Assembly (NCBI GenBank): GCA_963727805.1
Contig: CAVSHF010000005.1
Location: forward strand, 992,001 to 1,056,000
Origin: an uncultured Nitrospiraceae bacterium
GTDB lineage: Bacteria; Nitrospirota; Thermodesulfovibrionia; Thermodesulfovibrionales; Dissulfurispiraceae
DNA: 64,000 nt
Reading direction: 5' to 3'
Positions 61,880 to 64,000 of the stretch are shown piece after piece (the stretch's first letter is position 1; each line of letters starts with the position of its first letter). The translations under genes and the position numbers were made by a program. The notes under the pieces were generated by a model that did not search any database, had not been told where the DNA came from, and worked only from the letters and a program-made list of their open reading frames with translations.

Positions 61880-62959
61880 CTATAGTTCGATGGCCACCTT
61901 TTCCTTGGGCAACTTGGCGACAATCTCTTCGGGGACTGGGGAATTATTGATCGCATCCTCATAAGTTATGAGTCCGGCTTTATAGAGCGCGATGAGCGAC
62001 TGGTTCAGGGTCTTCATTCCTGAGCGCGCCGTCTGCATGATGGGGTATATCTGGTTGACCCGCCCTTCCTTTATGAGAGTCCTGATCGCGGGGGTTGGCA
62101 TAAGGACCTCGACCGCCAGGATCCTCCCATTACCATCTTTTCTCTTGATCAGCCGCTGCGAAATAATACCCTCCAGGCATTCAGCAAGGAGGTTTCTCGC
62201 ATAGTCATGGTTCTGGTACGGGAACATCTCAATGATGCGCGTTATAGTCTGTATTGCCGAATTGGTGTGTATAGAAGCGAGGGTCAGATGGCCTGTCTCA
62301 GTAATCGTGAGGGCGGCCTCAATGGCGGGAAGGTCTCTTAATGCGCTGACCATAACAATATCGGGGTCTTGCCTTAAGACATACTTGAGTGCTGAAGAGA
62401 AGGAAGACGTGTCGGAGTCAAGTTCTCTCTGGTTGATGAGACATTTCCCGTGGCTGTGGAGAAACTCTATGGGGTCTTCGATCGTGATGATATGGGCCTC
62501 TCGCTCGCAATTGAGCTTTTCGATCATCGACGCGAGGGTAGTCGACTTGCCGCTTCCAGTCGGCCCAGTAACGAGTATCAGTCCCTGTGTCTTTTTAAGA
62601 ATATCTTCGACAGCATCAGGGATACCGAGTTCATTGAAACCTTTGATGACAAACGGGATCTCCCTGAAAGTGCCGGCAACGGCCCCCCTCTGCATAAAGA
62701 TATTGGCTCTGAATCTGCTCAATCCCTTGATTCCGAAAGAAACGTCAATCTCGTTGGTCGTCTCGAGCTTCCTTATCTGTAAATCGTTCATGAAGCTGTA
62801 GCAGAGTTCCTTCGTATCTTCGGGGGTAAGCAAACGATAGCCCTCGATGGGTAGCAACTTCCCGGCCTTCCTGACCCGGGGATAGGTCCCCGTCGATATA
62901 TGCAGGTCCGACGCACCTTTGTCGATCATAAATTTCAGCAGCTCTATCAATTCAGCCAT
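61880..62959 (-). CDS. pilT: PilT-family retraction ATPase homolog (Walker B degenerate)
   Basis: 'ASDLH', GPTGSGKSTT, 'TIEDPIEF', 'LRQDPD', 'AIRTLIKE'; 'GE' replaced by 'SA'. Confidence 0.85.
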   Translation of the reverse strand: MAELIELLKFMIDKGASDLHISTGTYPRVRKAGKLLPIEGYRLLTPEDTKELCYSFMNDLQIRKLETTNEIDVSFGIKGLSRFRANIFMQRGAVAGTFREIPFVIKGFNELGIPDAVEDILKKTQGLILVTGPTGSGKSTTLASMIEKLNCEREAHIITIEDPIEFLHSHGKCLINQRELDSDTSSFSSALKYVLRQDPDIVMVSALRDLPAIEAALTITETGHLTLASIHTNSAIQTITRIIEMFPYQNHDYARNLLAECLEGIISQRLIKRKDGNGRILAVEVLMPTPAIRTLIKEGRVNQIYPIMQTARSGMKTLNQSLIALYKAGLITYEDAINNSPVPEEIVAKLPKEKVAIEL

Positions 62960-62967
62960 ACCCCCCC

Positions 62968-64000
62968 TCAATCCTCAAAGGTTACCCTCAACACTTCTTC
63001 CACCGACGTAATACCTTCGATGACCTTCTTTATGCCGCTCTGGCGGAGCGTCGTCATGCCAAGCAGCACTGCCTCGTGTTTAAGGTCTGCCGTGGATACA
63101 TTCCTCAGGATCAAGTCCTGCAGCTCCTTTCGGATTGGCAAGACTTCGCAAATTGCAGTCCTGCCGGAATATCCGGTGTTATTGCAACTCGGGCAGCCAG
63201 TCCCTACAGAGCACGTGACGCTCCCAACCATATCAGAAGGGAACCCAATCTTCAACATCGTTTCCTCGTCAAAAGGCTGTGCCGTTTTACAGTGCTCGCA
63301 TACTTTCCTCACGAGTCTCTGCGACACTACAAGCGAAATGGCCGACGACACAGCAAAAGGCTCTATACCCATATGTACGAGTCTTGTCAGGACACCGGCA
63401 GCATCGTTTGAGGGAAGAGTACTCAGAATCAAATGTCCGGTTAAGGCTGCCTTCACCGAGAGTTCAGCCGTCATGCGGTCCTTCAGCTCACCGATCATTA
63501 TAATATCAGGGTCCTGACTCAAAAACGATTCGAGGGCCGCTGTGTACGTGAGACCAATCTCCGGCTTAACTTGGCCCTGGTTAATCCCAAAGAGATTGAA
63601 TTCGATCGGATCTTCGGCAGTCATGATATTGAGCCCCGGTTTATTAAGGTGAAGGAGGGCCGAATAGATGGTTGTCGTCTTGCCGCTCTCGGCGGGCCCT
63701 GAAACGATAACCATACCTTGGGGACGATCGATTGTCTCGGTGAAATTGAGGAACTGTTTTTGATCGAAGCCCAGCTTGGTAAGGTCAAAAGGCATACGGG
63801 CCTTATCAAGGACCTTCAGAACAATCTTTTCCCCAAAAAGCGTTGGGAAAGTTGATACCCTGCAGTCTATGTCCTTGTTCATTCCGAACCTGAATTTGAT
63901 CCTGCCTGACTGGGGCATTCTCCTTTCCGCAACATCAAGGTGAAACATTATCTTCAGCTTGGCAGCCAAGATGTTCTTCATCTGAATCGGCAGCTTGAGT
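62968..64000 (-). CDS. pilB: PilB/GspE-family ATPase homolog, 5'-truncated by window end
   Basis: 'AERRMPQSGR', 'TAEDPIEF', 'QRLVRKVC..C', 'GC..C…GY.GR', 'EEVLRVT'; frame open to the window edge. Confidence 0.8.
   Translation of the reverse strand, partial: LKLPIQMKNILAAKLKIMFHLDVAERRMPQSGRIKFRFGMNKDIDCRVSTFPTLFGEKIVLKVLDKARMPFDLTKLGFDQKQFLNFTETIDRPQGMVIVSGPAESGKTTTIYSALLHLNKPGLNIMTAEDPIEFNLFGINQGQVKPEIGLTYTAALESFLSQDPDIIMIGELKDRMTAELSVKAALTGHLILSTLPSNDAAGVLTRLVHMGIEPFAVSSAISLVVSQRLVRKVCEHCKTAQPFDEETMLKIGFPSDMVGSVTCSVGTGCPSCNNTGYSGRTAICEVLPIRKELQDLILRNVSTADLKHEAVLLGMTTLRQSGIKKVIEGITSVEEVLRVTFED

Overview
Chromosomal window from an anaerobic dissimilatory-sulfur bacterium; gene content and order suggest Nitrospirota (Thermodesulfovibrionia-like) or a Desulfobacterota-like lineage (inference only). 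0-14 kb: housekeeping and envelope genes (rpsU, RRM protein, fadL-like, murJ, dedA, prmC, prfA, rpmE, PAP2, ArnT-like), plus one complete IS4-family element inserted just upstream of fadL. 14-26.6 kb: a co-directional sulfate activation/reduction cluster, rdgB-adk-sat-aprBA-qmoABC-hppA. 26.6-46.8 kb: a loosely packed accessory region around tRNA-fMet. It holds a secreted CxxCH/Ig-repeat/propeller-repeat protein, an HDOD protein, an aminotransferase, two SDRs, an MCP, a sigma54-type operon (two paralogous small membrane proteins, NrfD, Fe-S protein, triheme cytochrome) and several gene remnants missing from the ORF track (GGDEF, rhodanese, a decayed gspM-gspC copy). 46.9-59 kb: rfbB and a type II secretion cluster with divergent gspD. 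The right end has a PilZ pseudogene, tRNA-Phe, apgM, fdhD and a pilB-pilT pair whose ATPase motifs are both degenerate. No CRISPR array, rRNA, integrase or prophage was seen. All family assignments come from motif recognition by eye; no searches were run.
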